Virus record (IMG/VR): IMGVR_UViG_3300036046_000007
Span: 1-53,258 of that record
DNA: 53,258 nucleotides
From: a virus
Lineage: Duplodnaviria; Caudoviricetes
Direction: 5' to 3' (one strand)
The number at the start of each line of letters is the position of its first letter. The stretch's first letter is position 1. Of the stretch, positions 53,258 through 53,258 are shown one piece after another. The notes below the pieces were generated by a model, which was not told where the DNA came from, searched no databases, and saw only the letters and a program-made list of their open reading frames with translations. Position numbers and translations under genes: made by a program.

Positions 53258-53258
53258 C

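Overview
GC-rich, apparently lytic siphovirus genome segment covering most of a roughly 60 kb genome; terminase and portal lie outside the window. The organisation is YuA/M6/PaMx11-like and the host is probably an alphaproteobacterium. Nearly all genes are on the minus strand. From right to left: head and tail morphogenesis, lysis cassette, a nested-palindrome intergenic region (candidate origin), helicases, SSB, class Ia ribonucleotide reductase, a thymidine hypermodification cluster, DNA polymerase A, dCMP deaminase, primase-helicase, small early genes, and a second structural module ending in a His-x-His repeat protein missing from the ORF track. Two observations stand out. (1) The 5-hmU hypermodification cluster has dUMP hydroxymethylase, a P-loop kinase, two amino acid:DNA transferase paralogs and a flavin enzyme. 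The flavin enzyme is coupled to a COOH-NH2 ligase (Amidoligase_2) rather than an acetyltransferase, and an LMW-PTP-like phosphatase is nearby; this predicts an uncharacterised modified base. (2) A plus-strand RNA island inside the head operon encodes a circularly permuted two-piece alphaproteobacterial-type tmRNA (tag VNDNDEGTALRLAA), an abutting D-arm-shortened CAT tRNA and a small basic ORF. All family assignments come from motif recognition by eye; no database searches were run.
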